From assembly GCA_020845635.1 (NCBI GenBank), contig JADLFI010000030.1, positions 54,678 to 118,677 of the forward strand: 64,000 nt of DNA. The letters run 5' to 3'. Under the pieces are notes generated by a model. That model ran no database searches. It was not told the origin of the DNA and saw only the letters and a list, made by a program, of their open reading frames with translations. Positions 1 to 10,807 of this stretch are shown in pieces. The stretch comes from Bacteroidia bacterium. GTDB lineage: Bacteria; Bacteroidota; Bacteroidia; UBA4408. Position numbers and translations under genes: made by a program. Numbering within the stretch: position 1 is the stretch's first letter; each line of letters starts with the position of its first letter.

Positions 1-884
1 TGGTCTATTCCATTAGACTCTTCATATTTTTGTGCAAACGAAACACTTTTATATCCTCTCCCTGAATTTCCACTGGTGCTTGAAGACATTCTAGGACCAT
101 AATAATAGGTGTTTTTATCATAGCCATTGTAGTAATACCCATTATTTACACCGGCATAAAACCCATCATAATATCCGTTATGATATCCATTGTAATAGCC
201 GTTATAGTATCCATTATAATAGCCGCCCCATCCGTGGTGATGGTGATGGTGGTGTCCCCAACCCGAATAATATCCATTTCCCCATCCGTAGTATGAGCTA
301 TAAATTGGGTATCCCCATCCATAATAATAAGAAGGTGTGTAACCCCATCCCCAGCACGAAGTATATCCCCATCCATAATAATTATTCCAAGAATAACCCC
401 ATGTTGGAGAATAAATTACGGTAGTAGTATAACCCGGCCCCCACCAATTATAGCCTAAATAAATGCTGGTACCATAACTATATGGGTTATAGTTGTAAAA
501 ATAGGTATTGGTATAGTAAGGGTCGTAATACCCCAAGTAGGTATTGCCTGAATAAAATCTTCTAATTCGTGAGGCATAAGCATAATCATAATAATCATCG
601 TAATCAAAACGAGTGTCATTATAATTATTTGTAATATAAGTGTTCCCAGAGTTTGTAGTTTGCCCTGACTGGGTATCATAATTCCCGCCACTATTATTAG
701 AAGGCGTATAATCAGAACTGCTTGGGGCACTATTGGCGGCTGAATTGCCGTTATTAGAACCATTTGATGAGTTGTTAGCATTAAAGTAAACATCATCATT
801 GTAGTTTCGTGCTGTTTGTTTAGTCCCTGTACAGCCGGTTATGGCCAAAGCACTAATTCCTAATATTGCAAAAAATGTTTTCAT
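1..884 (-). CDS. Partial (3'-truncated by window start) Gly/Tyr/Trp/Asn-rich low-complexity lipoprotein with His7 tract
   Basis: Hand translation of minus strand from ATG at about 884. It begins MKTFFAILGISALAITGC, a lipoprotein signal peptide with lipobox Cys. It continues as N/S/G-rich then Y/G/W-rich repeats (GWGY, YYNGYY) with HHHHHHH, and runs off the window start without a stop, so it is absent from the ORF track. The track ORFs 146..376 and 455..799 are alternate frames of this gene. Confidence 0.55.
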   Translation of the reverse strand, partial: MKTFFAILGISALAITGCTGTKQTARNYNDDVYFNANNSSNGSNNGNSAANSAPSSSDYTPSNNSGGNYDTQSGQTTNSGNTYITNNYNDTRFDYDDYYDYAYASRIRRFYSGNTYLGYYDPYYTNTYFYNYNPYSYGTSIYLGYNWWGPGYTTTVIYSPTWGYSWNNYYGWGYTSCWGWGYTPSYYYGWGYPIYSSYYGWGNGYYSGWGHHHHHHHGWGGYYNGYYNGYYNGYHNGYYDGFYAGVNNGYYYNGYDKNTYYYGPRMSSSTSGNSGRGYKSVSFAQKYEESNGID

Positions 885-997
885 GCCTTTTATATTTATT
901 TTGGTTTGACAATTCATTTCCTAAAAAGTTTAATTTATTTTTGAGCCCTGATTAATCAGGTTATTTTACAAAAATACAAATTCTATACCAAAAAATT

Positions 998-2473
998 ATG
1001 GCAAAAGATTTTTCGACCAAAGAAGAAGATTATTCTAAGTGGTACAACGATTTAGTAATTAAGGCCGATTTGGCCGAAAACAGCGCTGTAAGAGGCTGTA
1101 TGGTTATAAAACCGCACGGATACGCTATCTGGGAAATGATGCAACAGGCACTTGATAAAAAATTCAAACAAACAGGTCATGTTAATGCTTATTTCCCGTT
1201 ATTTATCCCTAAATCTTTCTTTAGCAAAGAAGCATCGCATGTTGATGGTTTTGCAAAAGAGTGTGCCGTGGTTACACATTATCGCCTAAAAAATTCGCCT
1301 GATGGCAAAGGAATAGTAGTGGATGATGATGCCAAATTAGAGGAAGAACTAATTGTAAGGCCTACTTCCGAAACTATTATTTGGAATACTTACAAGGGTT
1401 GGATTCAATCTCATCGTGATTTACCTATATTGGTAAACCAATGGGCTAATGTAGTTCGTTGGGAAATGCGTACCCGTTTGTTTCTAAGAACTGCCGAGTT
1501 TTTGTGGCAAGAGGGGCATACAGCACACGCCACAGCCGAAGAAGCTGTTGAAGAAACCGAAAAGATGTTAAATGTATATGCTGATTTTGTAGAAAACTTT
1601 ATGGCTTTGCCCGTAGTAAAAGGCAAAAAAACTGCCAATGAGCGATTTGCAGGAGCACTTGACACTTATTGTATAGAAGCATTAATGCAAGATGGTAAAG
1701 CCTTACAGGCCGGAACCTCACACTTTTTAGGTCAGAATTTTGCTAAGGCTTTTGATGTGAAATTTACATCAAAAGAAGGAAAACAAGAGTATGTATGGGC
1801 TACATCATGGGGAGTATCAACTCGATTAATGGGCGCTTTAATTATGGCACATTCTGATAATGAGGGATTAGTTCTGCCTCCAAAGCTTGCACCTACACAG
1901 GTAGTTATTATCCCAATTTACAAAAATCAAGACCAATTAGAGAAGATAAACCATTGGGCAGAACAACTAAAAGCAGACCTTGAAAGTAAAGATATTCGAG
2001 TAAAATATGATAATCGTGATAATCAGCGTCCGGGTTGGAAATTTGCCGATTATGAGTTTAAGGGAGTGCCTATAAGAATAGCCATTGGAGGTCGTGATTT
2101 AGAAAATAATACCGTTGAACTGTATCGTAGAGACATTAAAGAGAAACAAACTGTTAAACAAGAAGGCTTAACTGAAACAATAGCCAACTTATTGGTTGAA
2201 ATTCAACAAAATATGTACAACAAGGCTCTAAAATTCAGAGACAGTATGATACATAAAGTTGATCATTATGAAACTTTTAAAGATGTTCTGGAAAATAAAG
2301 GTGGATTTATATCTGCTCATTGGGATGGCACCTCCGAAACAGAAGAAAAAATTAAACAAGAAACGAAAGCAACCATTCGCTGTATTCCGTTAAACAATAT
2401 CCAAGAAAATGGAGTTTGTATTTATTCTGGAAAGCCTTCAAAACAACGTGTGTTATTTGCAAAGGCCTACTAA
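998..2473 (+). CDS. proS: Prolyl-tRNA synthetase (archaeal/eukaryotic-type class II)
   Basis: 491-aa ORF with class II aaRS motifs and a ProRS anticodon-binding and C-terminal domain, as recognised from the translation. Confidence 0.9.
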   Translation: MAKDFSTKEEDYSKWYNDLVIKADLAENSAVRGCMVIKPHGYAIWEMMQQALDKKFKQTGHVNAYFPLFIPKSFFSKEASHVDGFAKECAVVTHYRLKNSPDGKGIVVDDDAKLEEELIVRPTSETIIWNTYKGWIQSHRDLPILVNQWANVVRWEMRTRLFLRTAEFLWQEGHTAHATAEEAVEETEKMLNVYADFVENFMALPVVKGKKTANERFAGALDTYCIEALMQDGKALQAGTSHFLGQNFAKAFDVKFTSKEGKQEYVWATSWGVSTRLMGALIMAHSDNEGLVLPPKLAPTQVVIIPIYKNQDQLEKINHWAEQLKADLESKDIRVKYDNRDNQRPGWKFADYEFKGVPIRIAIGGRDLENNTVELYRRDIKEKQTVKQEGLTETIANLLVEIQQNMYNKALKFRDSMIHKVDHYETFKDVLENKGGFISAHWDGTSETEEKIKQETKATIRCIPLNNIQENGVCIYSGKPSKQRVLFAKAY

Positions 2474-2635
2474 TGAGTGGGTTAAAAAAATACAACCATC
2501 GCTTTTGAAAAATCTTTAAAGTATAAAAAATAGCCAAAAACAATAAAAACGAAAAAAGTGCAAAAAATATCATAATTTTTTTTGGGGATTATAAAAAATA
2601 GCATACATTTGCGCTCCGTTTCGTAAAAAATGAAC

Positions 2636-2707
2636 GGCCCGTTCGTCTAGGGGTCAGGACGCCAGGTTTTCATCCTGGAAACAGGGGTTCGATTCCCCTA
2701 CGGGCTA
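2636..2707 (+). tRNA. tRNA-Glu (anticodon TTC)
   Basis: Cloverleaf read by hand. Acceptor GGCCCGT/ACGGGCT, D-arm GTCTAGGGGTCAGGAC, anticodon stem CCAGG/CCTGG with loop TTTTCAT (TTC), T-arm GGGGTTCGATTCCCC. Confidence 0.85.
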
Positions 2708-2751
2708 CTAAATATAAACGGAAGTATTATTTATTTTAAAACAACATCGAA

Positions 2752-3009
2752 ATGGCTAATCATAAGTCAGCAATTAAAAGAATCAGATCAAACAATGCCA
2801 AGCGCGAAGAAAATCGCTATTATGGTAAAACAACGCGAAATGCCATAAAAGTACTTCGTAATACTTCAGAAGAAAAGGAAGCAAAAACCCAATTTCCTAA
2901 AGTAGCGGCCATGATTGATAAATTGGCTAAGAAAAATGTTATTCATAAGAATAAAGCTGCCAACTTAAAGTCAAAACTTGCCAAACGAGTAAATTCTTTA
3001 GCAAAGTAA
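2752..3009 (+). CDS. rpsT: 30S ribosomal protein S20
   Basis: 85-aa basic protein [12 protein letters not shown]..., a typical S20 N-terminus. Confidence 0.9.
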   Translation: MANHKSAIKRIRSNNAKREENRYYGKTTRNAIKVLRNTSEEKEAKTQFPKVAAMIDKLAKKNVIHKNKAANLKSKLAKRVNSLAK

Positions 3010-3034
3010 TTTTTGGTATTTATATATATACAAA

Positions 3035-3068
3035 ACCTCTGAGGGACTCTCAGGGGTTTTTTGTTTTA
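3035..3068 (+). terminator. Rho-independent terminator after rpsT
   Basis: GC-rich hairpin CCTCTGAGGGACTCTCAGGGG followed by TTTTTTGTTTT. Confidence 0.7.
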
Positions 3069-3163
3069 TATTTGTTTGGTTTTATACATACTTTCATTAT
3101 AAGCATGAAGTAATTGCATAATTTTAAATTAAAAAACATTATATTAGCTCTCCGAAAAATATT

Positions 3164-3874
3164 ATGCAGCCAATTATCTCTCTTCAAAATATTACACGTA
3201 AGTTCAGTATTGGTGCTGAAGAAGTAAAAGCTCTTAACGGAATAAATTTAAGTATATACAACAATGAATATGTAGCTTTAATGGGGCCCAGTGGTTCAGG
3301 AAAATCTACTTTAATGAATTTACTGGGTTGTCTTGACACTCCTACTTCCGGTTCCTATATTCTCAACGGAACCGATGTGAGCAGTCTTAATGATAACCGC
3401 CTGGCCGAGATTAGAAATAAAGAAATCGGATTTATTTTTCAAACGTTTAATTTACTGCCAAAATCTACAGCTCTTGAAAATGTTATTTTACCGCTTATTT
3501 ATGCCGGAATTGATAAAAACGAGAGAGAGCAAAGAGCCAAAAAAGCTTTAGAAGATGTAGGCTTGGGAAACAGGATGAAACATAAGCCTAATGAACTTTC
3601 TGGAGGGCAAAGACAGCGTGTGGCTGTAGCCAGAGCTTTGGTAAATAATCCGGCCATAATACTTGCCGATGAGCCTACCGGAAACCTTGACTCAAAAACT
3701 TCAATTGAAATTATGGCTTTGTTTGAAGAAATCCACCGAAAAGGAAATACCATTATTGTGGTTACGCACGAAGAAGACATTGCGCGCCACGCCCACCGTA
3801 TTATTAGACTTAAAGACGGACTGATTGAACATGATGAAAAAAACACAGAAATAGTGCAGGTTGTGCCTGTTTAA
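3164..3874 (+). CDS. ABC transporter ATP-binding protein (LolD/MacB-type)
   Basis: Walker [10 protein letters not shown], signature [15 protein letters not shown], Walker [13 protein letters not shown]-loop. Resembles the MacB/LolD ATPase subfamily. Confidence 0.85.
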   Translation: MQPIISLQNITRKFSIGAEEVKALNGINLSIYNNEYVALMGPSGSGKSTLMNLLGCLDTPTSGSYILNGTDVSSLNDNRLAEIRNKEIGFIFQTFNLLPKSTALENVILPLIYAGIDKNEREQRAKKALEDVGLGNRMKHKPNELSGGQRQRVAVARALVNNPAIILADEPTGNLDSKTSIEIMALFEEIHRKGNTIIVVTHEEDIARHAHRIIRLKDGLIEHDEKNTEIVQVVPV

Positions 3875-3896
3875 TAATAATAACAATAGTACCAAA

Positions 3897-5072
3897 ATGA
3901 AAATATTTAAATTCATAAAATCTTTCTTCAAATGGTTCTTTTTGTTCCTTATTATAATTAATGTTCTCATAGTTGTTAGCGGAAACACCTATTTATACAC
4001 TACTTTACAACATACTGTATTTAAAGGACGTCTAGGACCTTCGCCCACCGAATACAAAATATTCTACAACCATGAAATTAAAGCCGGAAAAGAAAAACCT
4101 TGGGCTTTGGCAACTCAATACAATCAATTAAAATTAAACGAAAATACACGAGCCGAATTAGAAAAATACAAGTCACTAGCCTACTTAATCATCAAAAATG
4201 ATTCTATTCTTTATGAAGAATATTGGGATGAAGGAAGTAAAATTTCAGTAACTAATTCTTTTAGTATGGCAAAAACTTTTGTAAGCATCTTGGTGGGTAT
4301 TGCTATTGATGAGAAAAAAATAAGCAGTGTAGATCAGCCGGTAAGCGATTTTATAGATGAGTTTAAAACAGAAAATAAAGCCAAACTAACTATTAGGCAT
4401 TTGTTAACCATGAGCTCCGGAATTGATTTTGATGAAGATTATTTAAACCCATTGGCCTACCCTGCAAAAGCCTATTATGGTACAGATATTACAAAGTTAA
4501 CCCTTCAATACAAGGTAAAAAATGAACCGGGTAAAATATTTGAATACTTAAGCGGAAACACAGAGTTACTTGGACTTGTTTTACAGAAAGCCGTAGGAAA
4601 ACCTATCAGTGAGTACGCTTCAGAAAAATTATGGATTCCTCTTGGGGCTTCAAGAAATGCATATTGGAGTCTTGATCATGAAAACGGAATGGAAAAGGCA
4701 TACTGTTGTTTCAACAGCAATGCCCGTGATTTTGCTCGTTTTGGTTCATTGTACCTTCACCATGGTAATTGGAACGGTAATCAATTAGTTTCTGAGGATT
4801 ATGTAAAACAATCTATAATGCCTGCTCCATTACTTGACGAAAACAACAAGCCAAACAACAAATATGGTTATAGCTGGTGGCTGCTAAACTATCAGGGTTT
4901 AGATATATTTTATGCCCGTGGTATTTTGGGGCAATATGTGGTTGTTATCCCCGCAAAAAATTTAATAGTGGTACGATTAGGCTATAAGCGTAGCAAAGAA
5001 AAAATCAACGATCACCCGAAAGAATTATATTCATATATTGATGCGGCTCTTGAAATGGATGAAAAAAAATAG
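3897..5072 (+). CDS. Serine hydrolase, beta-lactamase/transpeptidase-like family, N-terminal membrane anchor
   Basis: Track ORF 3861..5072. The likely true start is ATG 3897 (MKIFKF...) followed by a hydrophobic TM segment. Class C beta-lactamase-like fold features are present (SMAKTF, YxN-like, HHGNW). The poly-Asn leader from 3861 is unlikely to be coding. Confidence 0.7.
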   Translation: MKIFKFIKSFFKWFFLFLIIINVLIVVSGNTYLYTTLQHTVFKGRLGPSPTEYKIFYNHEIKAGKEKPWALATQYNQLKLNENTRAELEKYKSLAYLIIKNDSILYEEYWDEGSKISVTNSFSMAKTFVSILVGIAIDEKKISSVDQPVSDFIDEFKTENKAKLTIRHLLTMSSGIDFDEDYLNPLAYPAKAYYGTDITKLTLQYKVKNEPGKIFEYLSGNTELLGLVLQKAVGKPISEYASEKLWIPLGASRNAYWSLDHENGMEKAYCCFNSNARDFARFGSLYLHHGNWNGNQLVSEDYVKQSIMPAPLLDENNKPNNKYGYSWWLLNYQGLDIFYARGILGQYVVVIPAKNLIVVRLGYKRSKEKINDHPKELYSYIDAALEMDEKK

Positions 5073-5074
5073 TT

Positions 5075-5479
5075 ATGATAAAGGATATACCTGAACTAAA
5101 AGTTGAAAATGTAGGCATTGCCATTATTCCTGAATTAAATGAGTTGAATGAAAAAGTATGGAATAGCTATTTGATAAATTTAAAGGAAGAGATAATTGAA
5201 GGAGTATTGGTTACATCAACAGGTTATGGCACACTTAATGAGCAAAACGTAAAAACTTCAACCTTAAGACACTTTTTAGATACAGTAATGCCTAATTCAT
5301 ATATAAAAATTGAACCTATTGTTGAAGAAGTTTTTGGGGTAAACAATGAGTACTGGTTAAGTTTTTATTCAAATAACAAGATGTATGACAAACGTTTTGT
5401 ATTTTTAGCTGAAAGTATTGTGGAATCAAACTTTACCAATATACCTCTGATTAATAAAAAAGGCGTAATGATTATTTAA
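5075..5479 (+). CDS. Hypothetical protein
   Basis: 134-aa ORF tightly packed between neighbours, with coding-like composition and no recognisable motif. Confidence 0.45.
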   Translation: MIKDIPELKVENVGIAIIPELNELNEKVWNSYLINLKEEIIEGVLVTSTGYGTLNEQNVKTSTLRHFLDTVMPNSYIKIEPIVEEVFGVNNEYWLSFYSNNKMYDKRFVFLAESIVESNFTNIPLINKKGVMII

Positions 5480-5500
5480 TACAATAAAAAACTTACAAGT

Positions 5501-6220
5501 ATGCCCGATATATTACCTAGAGAGTTATTGTTTATTGACATTGAAACAATACCTCAACATGAAAACTACCAAGCTTTACCCGAAACAGAAAAAAAGTTGT
5601 GGGGGAAAAAAGCTCAATTTTTAATAAAAAGCGAAGATTCTGTTGAAGATATTTATCAGCGTGCAGGTATTTATGCCGAGTTTGGAAAGATAATATGTAT
5701 TTCAACAGGCTATTTAGTTGAAAAAAACAAAGCCTACCAATTAAATTTAAAATCGTTTTATGGGCATGAGGAAGCAACTTTGTTGACTAGCTTTAAAGAC
5801 TATTTGGTTAATGAAATGATTCCAAAAAAAATAACTGCCTTGTGTGCCCACAATGGAAAAGAGTTTGATTATCCCTACATTATCAGGCGTATGCTTATTA
5901 ATGGGATTAGCCTCCCTGCCATACTTAATTTATCCGGTAAAAAACCTTGGGAAATATTACATCAAGACACTCTGGATTTATGGAAGTTTGGCGATTATAA
6001 ACACTATACTTCATTGGAGTTGTTGGCATATATTTTTGGTGTTAATTCTCCTAAAGACGATATTGATGGAAGTATGGTTGCTGAAGTTTATTATAAAGAA
6101 AAGAACCTAAAACGTATTGTAGAGTATTGTAATAAAGATGTGATTACTCTTGCTCAACTTTATTTAAAAATGAAAGGTGATTTAGGATTTGATGATAAAG
6201 AGGTTAATTATTTGCCTTAA
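5501..6220 (+). CDS. DEDD-type 3'-5' exonuclease (PolB-exonuclease-like, RNase H fold)
   Basis: Exo motifs FIDIETIP (Exo I DxE), CAHNGKEFDYPYI (Exo II) and YCNKDV (Exo III YxxxD). Confidence 0.65.
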   Translation: MPDILPRELLFIDIETIPQHENYQALPETEKKLWGKKAQFLIKSEDSVEDIYQRAGIYAEFGKIICISTGYLVEKNKAYQLNLKSFYGHEEATLLTSFKDYLVNEMIPKKITALCAHNGKEFDYPYIIRRMLINGISLPAILNLSGKKPWEILHQDTLDLWKFGDYKHYTSLELLAYIFGVNSPKDDIDGSMVAEVYYKEKNLKRIVEYCNKDVITLAQLYLKMKGDLGFDDKEVNYLP

Positions 6221-6231
6221 TTTTTTATGAG

Positions 6232-7950
6232 ATGAATGAAGAGTTATTATTAAGCATTAACAACCTAAGTGTTAATTTTAGAGGAACAGAAGGAGTTGTT
6301 CATGCCGTAAAAAATCTGTCTCTTGAAATAGCTCGAGGCGAAACTATTGGAATTGTGGGCGAAAGTGGTTCGGGAAAATCAGTAAGTTCTTTGGCCATTA
6401 TGGGATTACTGCCTCCACAAGGAGAAATAGCCTCAGGTAGTATTCTGTTCAGAAAGAAAAATAATGCAACAACTGAATTAGAAACATTAAGCGAACACCA
6501 ATATCAAAAACTAAGAGGAAACGAAATTAGTATGATTTTTCAGGAACCTATGACCTCTTTGAATCCTGTACACACCTGCGGAAATCAAGTGGCCGAGGTA
6601 TTGATGCTGCATAATAGGTTAAATACTCAACAAGCCAAAAAAGAAACCCTGTTTCTCTTTGAACAAGTATTGTTACCTCGCCCCGAACATATTTTTAAAT
6701 CGTATCCGCACCAGCTCTCAGGTGGACAAAAACAAAGGGTAATGATTGCTATGGCCATAGCCTGTAAGCCACAATTGCTGATAGCCGATGAGCCTACAAC
6801 CGCACTGGATGTAACCGTACAACAAACCATTTTGGATTTGCTTATTAAATTGCAGCAAGAATATAAAATGGGAATGCTTTTTATTACCCATGATTTAGGC
6901 GTTGTTTCGCAAATTGCACATAAGGTGTTGGTTATGTACAAAGGTGATGTTGTTGAGCAAGGTAATGTTCATCAAATCTTTCATCATCCGCAACACCCCT
7001 ATACACGTGGGTTGTTAGCTTGTAAACCGCCTTTGGACAGTCGTCCAAAAAAGTTACTTACAGTAGTAGATTTTTTAAATCATCCTGAAAAAAAAATAGA
7101 AGTAAAACTTATTAGTAGGGAAGAAAGACAGAATGAACATTCGCTTTTATATAACGGAACTCCACTATTGCAGGTAGAAAAGCTTACCACCCGGTTTGTG
7201 AGCAAAAGTGGATTTATTAAGCCCGTAACCCATATTGTTAAAGCTGTAGACGAGGTAAGTTTTAATGTTTTTAAGGGCGAAACACTTGGTTTAGTAGGTG
7301 AGTCGGGCTGTGGTAAATCAACCTTGGGGCGAAGTATATTACGGCTTATAGAACCTCAACATGGAAAGGTTTTGTTTAACGGAACAAATATATTGGAGCT
7401 AAATGCTAAGCAAATGCAGCAATACAGAAGAAAGATGCAATTGATTTTTCAAGATCCTTTTTCATCTTTGAATCCTAAAATAACGGTGGGCGAGGCTATA
7501 GCAGAACCAATGATTGTGCATAAACTGGTAAAAAACAAGCAAGAAGTTCAAAACAAAGTAATCAGTCTATTAGAACGTGTTGGGCTTTCTTCTGCACATT
7601 ACAACAGATACCCACATGAGTTTTCAGGAGGACAAAGGCAGAGAATTGGTATTGCACGAACATTAGCCGTAGAGCCTGAGTTTATTATTTGCGATGAGTC
7701 GGTTTCGGCACTTGATGTTTCGGTACAGGCACAAGTTTTAAATCTGCTTAACGAACTTAAAACCGAGTTTAAATTAACTTATATTTTTATTTCGCACGAT
7801 TTGTCGGTGGTAAAGTATATGTGCAATAATATTATTGTTATGCAAAAAGGCAAGATAGTTGAAATGGGCGAAGCCGACTCACTTTATCAAAAACCTCAAA
7901 GCCCATACACACAAACATTAATTAGCGCTATCCCGACAGGTTATTCATAA
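6232..7950 (+). CDS. Fused double ABC ATPase (DppD/DppF-like, YejF/GsiA-type oligopeptide-family ATP-binding protein)
   Basis: Two complete NBDs. Walker A motifs GESGSGKS and GESGCGKS. Signatures [14 protein letters not shown] and [15 protein letters not shown]. Walker B motifs [12 protein letters not shown] and [12 protein letters not shown]. Confidence 0.85.
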   Translation: MNEELLLSINNLSVNFRGTEGVVHAVKNLSLEIARGETIGIVGESGSGKSVSSLAIMGLLPPQGEIASGSILFRKKNNATTELETLSEHQYQKLRGNEISMIFQEPMTSLNPVHTCGNQVAEVLMLHNRLNTQQAKKETLFLFEQVLLPRPEHIFKSYPHQLSGGQKQRVMIAMAIACKPQLLIADEPTTALDVTVQQTILDLLIKLQQEYKMGMLFITHDLGVVSQIAHKVLVMYKGDVVEQGNVHQIFHHPQHPYTRGLLACKPPLDSRPKKLLTVVDFLNHPEKKIEVKLISREERQNEHSLLYNGTPLLQVEKLTTRFVSKSGFIKPVTHIVKAVDEVSFNVFKGETLGLVGESGCGKSTLGRSILRLIEPQHGKVLFNGTNILELNAKQMQQYRRKMQLIFQDPFSSLNPKITVGEAIAEPMIVHKLVKNKQEVQNKVISLLERVGLSSAHYNRYPHEFSGGQRQRIGIARTLAVEPEFIICDESVSALDVSVQAQVLNLLNELKTEFKLTYIFISHDLSVVKYMCNNIIVMQKGKIVEMGEADSLYQKPQSPYTQTLISAIPTGYS

Positions 7951-8406
7951 AACAGCCGATTATTTGCCATACCAAACAACCGACTTATTAAACTAATCTT
8001 CAAATTAAAACCCATACACAAAACTAAATTCGGTAAGTATCACAAGAAAGAACTTATTAAACAATAACTGTTCTTCATTATAGAAAACAATCTCTCTTTA
8101 ACTAGGTATAAATTCTTGATATTTTAGTCTCGAAAAATTCCCGTAGAACGGTAATTCCCCTGTTTTCTCTATAAATACTAAATTTCTAGTGGCAATTCAC
8201 TTAGCTGAACAAACTTATTATTTCTGTTTAAAAACTTAGGTTTTGTATGGCATAATACAAAAGAAAACATTACTTATCTCGGGATAAAATACCGGAACAA
8301 TATAGTGTATAACATTATAAACCACTTAATCTTTTCCCTGCAATTATGTATTCCTTTTTGGTGAAAAGTACGGAAAGCTTTGTTATTGATATCTTCTCAT
8401 AAAAGA

Positions 8407-8784
8407 TTACTCATTCACGTCAAATTCATAGGAGTTTCCGTTTTCGTCAGTTCCGCTTAAAACACCCTCATCTATCCTTTCAACATCTATAAGCGTTTCA
8501 TTACCGGACTCATCTAAAATATATCCGCTTCCGTAATCGCCTTGCATATAAATATTCCCAAAAATACTTTTCCCCTCTTCGTCTGCTCCCGAAATATCAT
8601 AGTTATACTGGTAATTAAAATTAGTATCATCGCCCTCCTCCTCATTCGAATAATAATTATAACTGTCCCTGTTGTTTGAATAATTTGACTTATTACTTTG
8701 AGAACAAGAATAAATTCCCAAAACTATCATTAAACAAATAGAGAGCTTCAGCATCATAAAATCTTTTATTTTCCTGAATTTCAT
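8407..8784 (-). CDS. Small acidic lipoprotein, hypothetical
   Basis: Signal peptide with lipobox-like GIYSC, then an N/Y/D/E/G-rich low-complexity body. It lies between two long non-coding spacers. Confidence 0.45.
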   Translation of the reverse strand: MKFRKIKDFMMLKLSICLMIVLGIYSCSQSNKSNYSNNRDSYNYYSNEEEGDDTNFNYQYNYDISGADEEGKSIFGNIYMQGDYGSGYILDESGNETLIDVERIDEGVLSGTDENGNSYEFDVNE

Positions 8785-9120
8785 TTATGAAATAATGGCT
8801 CGAGTTTTTTAAAAAAGTAGATACGAAGATATTACAAATATTGATATTAATATAAAAAACATTGCTTCCTGTGTTTTAATGTTAAATTTCAGAGATAAGA
8901 AACAATCAACATCAAATTTAGTTCTTATAGAACGTACTTGATGTATTGTTTTAGAGCTTCTTCTATGTTCTTCTATTTGATGTTTGAAAGTGTTGGACAG
9001 CCCAATTTATCGGTAACTCCTTTTGAATACTGCTTATCTCTTAATCAAATACAAAAAAGAATATAATAGCGTTAAAGCTTTTGCCTTAGCTACATTAATA
9101 TTGAATAAATTTGTTGCTTG

Positions 9121-10209
9121 TTATTCGTGAAAGTTCAGAACAGTATGTCCGCCCTCTAACAGATATTTATCACGTTTAAAAGTTTTTAAGTCTGAGGCAA
9201 CCATTTCGGTAATTAATTGCTCAACGGTATGTTTAGGTTCCCAACCTAATTCTTTTCTGGCTTTACTGGCATCTCCTATTAGCAAATCAACCTCGCTTGG
9301 GCGAAAATAACGAGGATCAATCTCTACTAAAGTTTTCCCATTAGCTTTATTAATTCCCTTTTCGTCTATCCCTTTGCCTTGCCACTCAATATCAATATTT
9401 ACTTCTTTAAAGGCTAATTCAATAAACTTTCTTACCGATATTTTTTTACCTGTTGCCAAAACAAAATCATCCGGTTTGCTTTGTTGCAACATTAGCCACA
9501 TTCCCTCTCCATAATCTTTGGCATGCCCCCAATCGCGCTCGGCATCAATATTCCCCATATATAATTTTTCTTGTAACCCAAGACTAATTTTAGCTACAGC
9601 ACGTGTAACTTTACGGGTTACAAAGGTTTCGCCACGCACAGGGCTTTCATGGTTAAATAATATACCATTGCAAGCAAAGAAATTATATGCCTCACGATAA
9701 TTTTTGGTAATCCAGAAAGCGTATAATTTAGCTACTCCGTATGGGCTACGTGGGTAAAAAGGTGTGGTTTCTGTTTGTGGAATCTGCTGTACATCTCCAT
9801 ATAACTCTGAGGTTGAGGCCTGATAAAACTTTGTTTTATTTCCCAGGTTTAAAATTCTTATCGCTTCTAATATTCTAAGCGTTCCAATACCATCGGCATT
9901 AGCGGTATATTCAGGAGTTTCAAAAGAAACTTTTACATGGCTTTGCGCAGCAAGATTGTATATTTCATCGGGCTGAACCTCTTGAATAATCCTAATCAAG
10001 TTGGTACTGTCTGTTAAGTCGCTGTAATGCAAAAAGAAATTAACTTTTTGGTCATGGGAGTCTTTATACAAATGATCTATTCTGTCGGTATTAAATAATG
10101 AACTTCTTCTTTTTAATCCATGTACAGTATATCCTTTGTTTAATAAAAATTCGGCCAAATATGAACCGTCCTGACCTGTAACTCCTGTAATTAAAGCAAC
10201 TTTTGACAT
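9121..10209 (-). CDS. gmd: GDP-mannose 4,6-dehydratase
   Basis: [23 protein letters not shown] Rossmann NAD(P)-binding start (track ORF extended to 10266, internal ATG at 10209 preferred). SDR catalytic region and a characteristic Gmd C-terminus are present. Confidence 0.9.
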   Translation of the reverse strand: MSKVALITGVTGQDGSYLAEFLLNKGYTVHGLKRRSSLFNTDRIDHLYKDSHDQKVNFFLHYSDLTDSTNLIRIIQEVQPDEIYNLAAQSHVKVSFETPEYTANADGIGTLRILEAIRILNLGNKTKFYQASTSELYGDVQQIPQTETTPFYPRSPYGVAKLYAFWITKNYREAYNFFACNGILFNHESPVRGETFVTRKVTRAVAKISLGLQEKLYMGNIDAERDWGHAKDYGEGMWLMLQQSKPDDFVLATGKKISVRKFIELAFKEVNIDIEWQGKGIDEKGINKANGKTLVEIDPRYFRPSEVDLLIGDASKARKELGWEPKHTVEQLITEMVASDLKTFKRDKYLLEGGHTVLNFHE

Positions 10210-10807
10210 AATAATTTTTATTTGAGGCACAAAGATACATATTTTTCTCACTTTTGCATAAATCACTCTAACGCCTTGAAAGTTCTTTGTCTTAATTTTT
10301 CTTCTCCTTTCTTATAACATTAATTTTATTAGGCAATATGTAATATCATTTTTGCTCAAAAAAAGACACCAAATGATACTGCCTTGTACTTTTCCAGTAA
10401 ATCACTATCAAAGCTCAACTTTTGCAATAGCAACTCTCCGTATTAGCGGGTAAAGCAACAATACTTTGAATAGAGATTTATTAACGACTTAAAGCATTCA
10501 CCTGGCAGTTTGCTGAACAAAGAAATTAGATAATAATAAGTATTTAATTATAGTGGAAAAAGGGTTAAGTCATTTATGGTTGCTGTATGGTCGGCACTTG
10601 TCGATTTGAAATTGGGCAACCATTTGTTCTTGTTATTTGAAAATCAGAGATTTTAATTATATAAGCTATTTAAAAACTAAAACTCTATTTAACAGCTATT
10701 CCCTAAAATGGTGTGATTTTTGTTGTGCTTTAACAGAATTTACTAAGTATTTACACTAATAAGTAGTTACAAAATATATTTTTGTTTTAAAATAATATCA
10801 TTTAGTT

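Noticed and set aside
146-799. Track ORFs 146..376 and 455..799 (minus strand)
   Set aside because: They are alternate frames of the real Tyr/Gly-rich lipoprotein gene. Their translations are I/L/T/M-rich nonsense typical of AT-rich out-of-frame reading.
3861-3896. Poly-Asn N-terminal extension ([12 protein letters not shown]) of the beta-lactamase-family gene overlapping the ABC ATPase
   Set aside because: ATG 3897 gives a canonical membrane-anchor start immediately after the upstream stop. The poly-Asn leader is a frame artefact.
5844-6110. 88-aa plus-strand ORF inside the DEDD exonuclease gene
   Set aside because: It is an alternate frame of a gene that has all three Exo motifs in its own frame.
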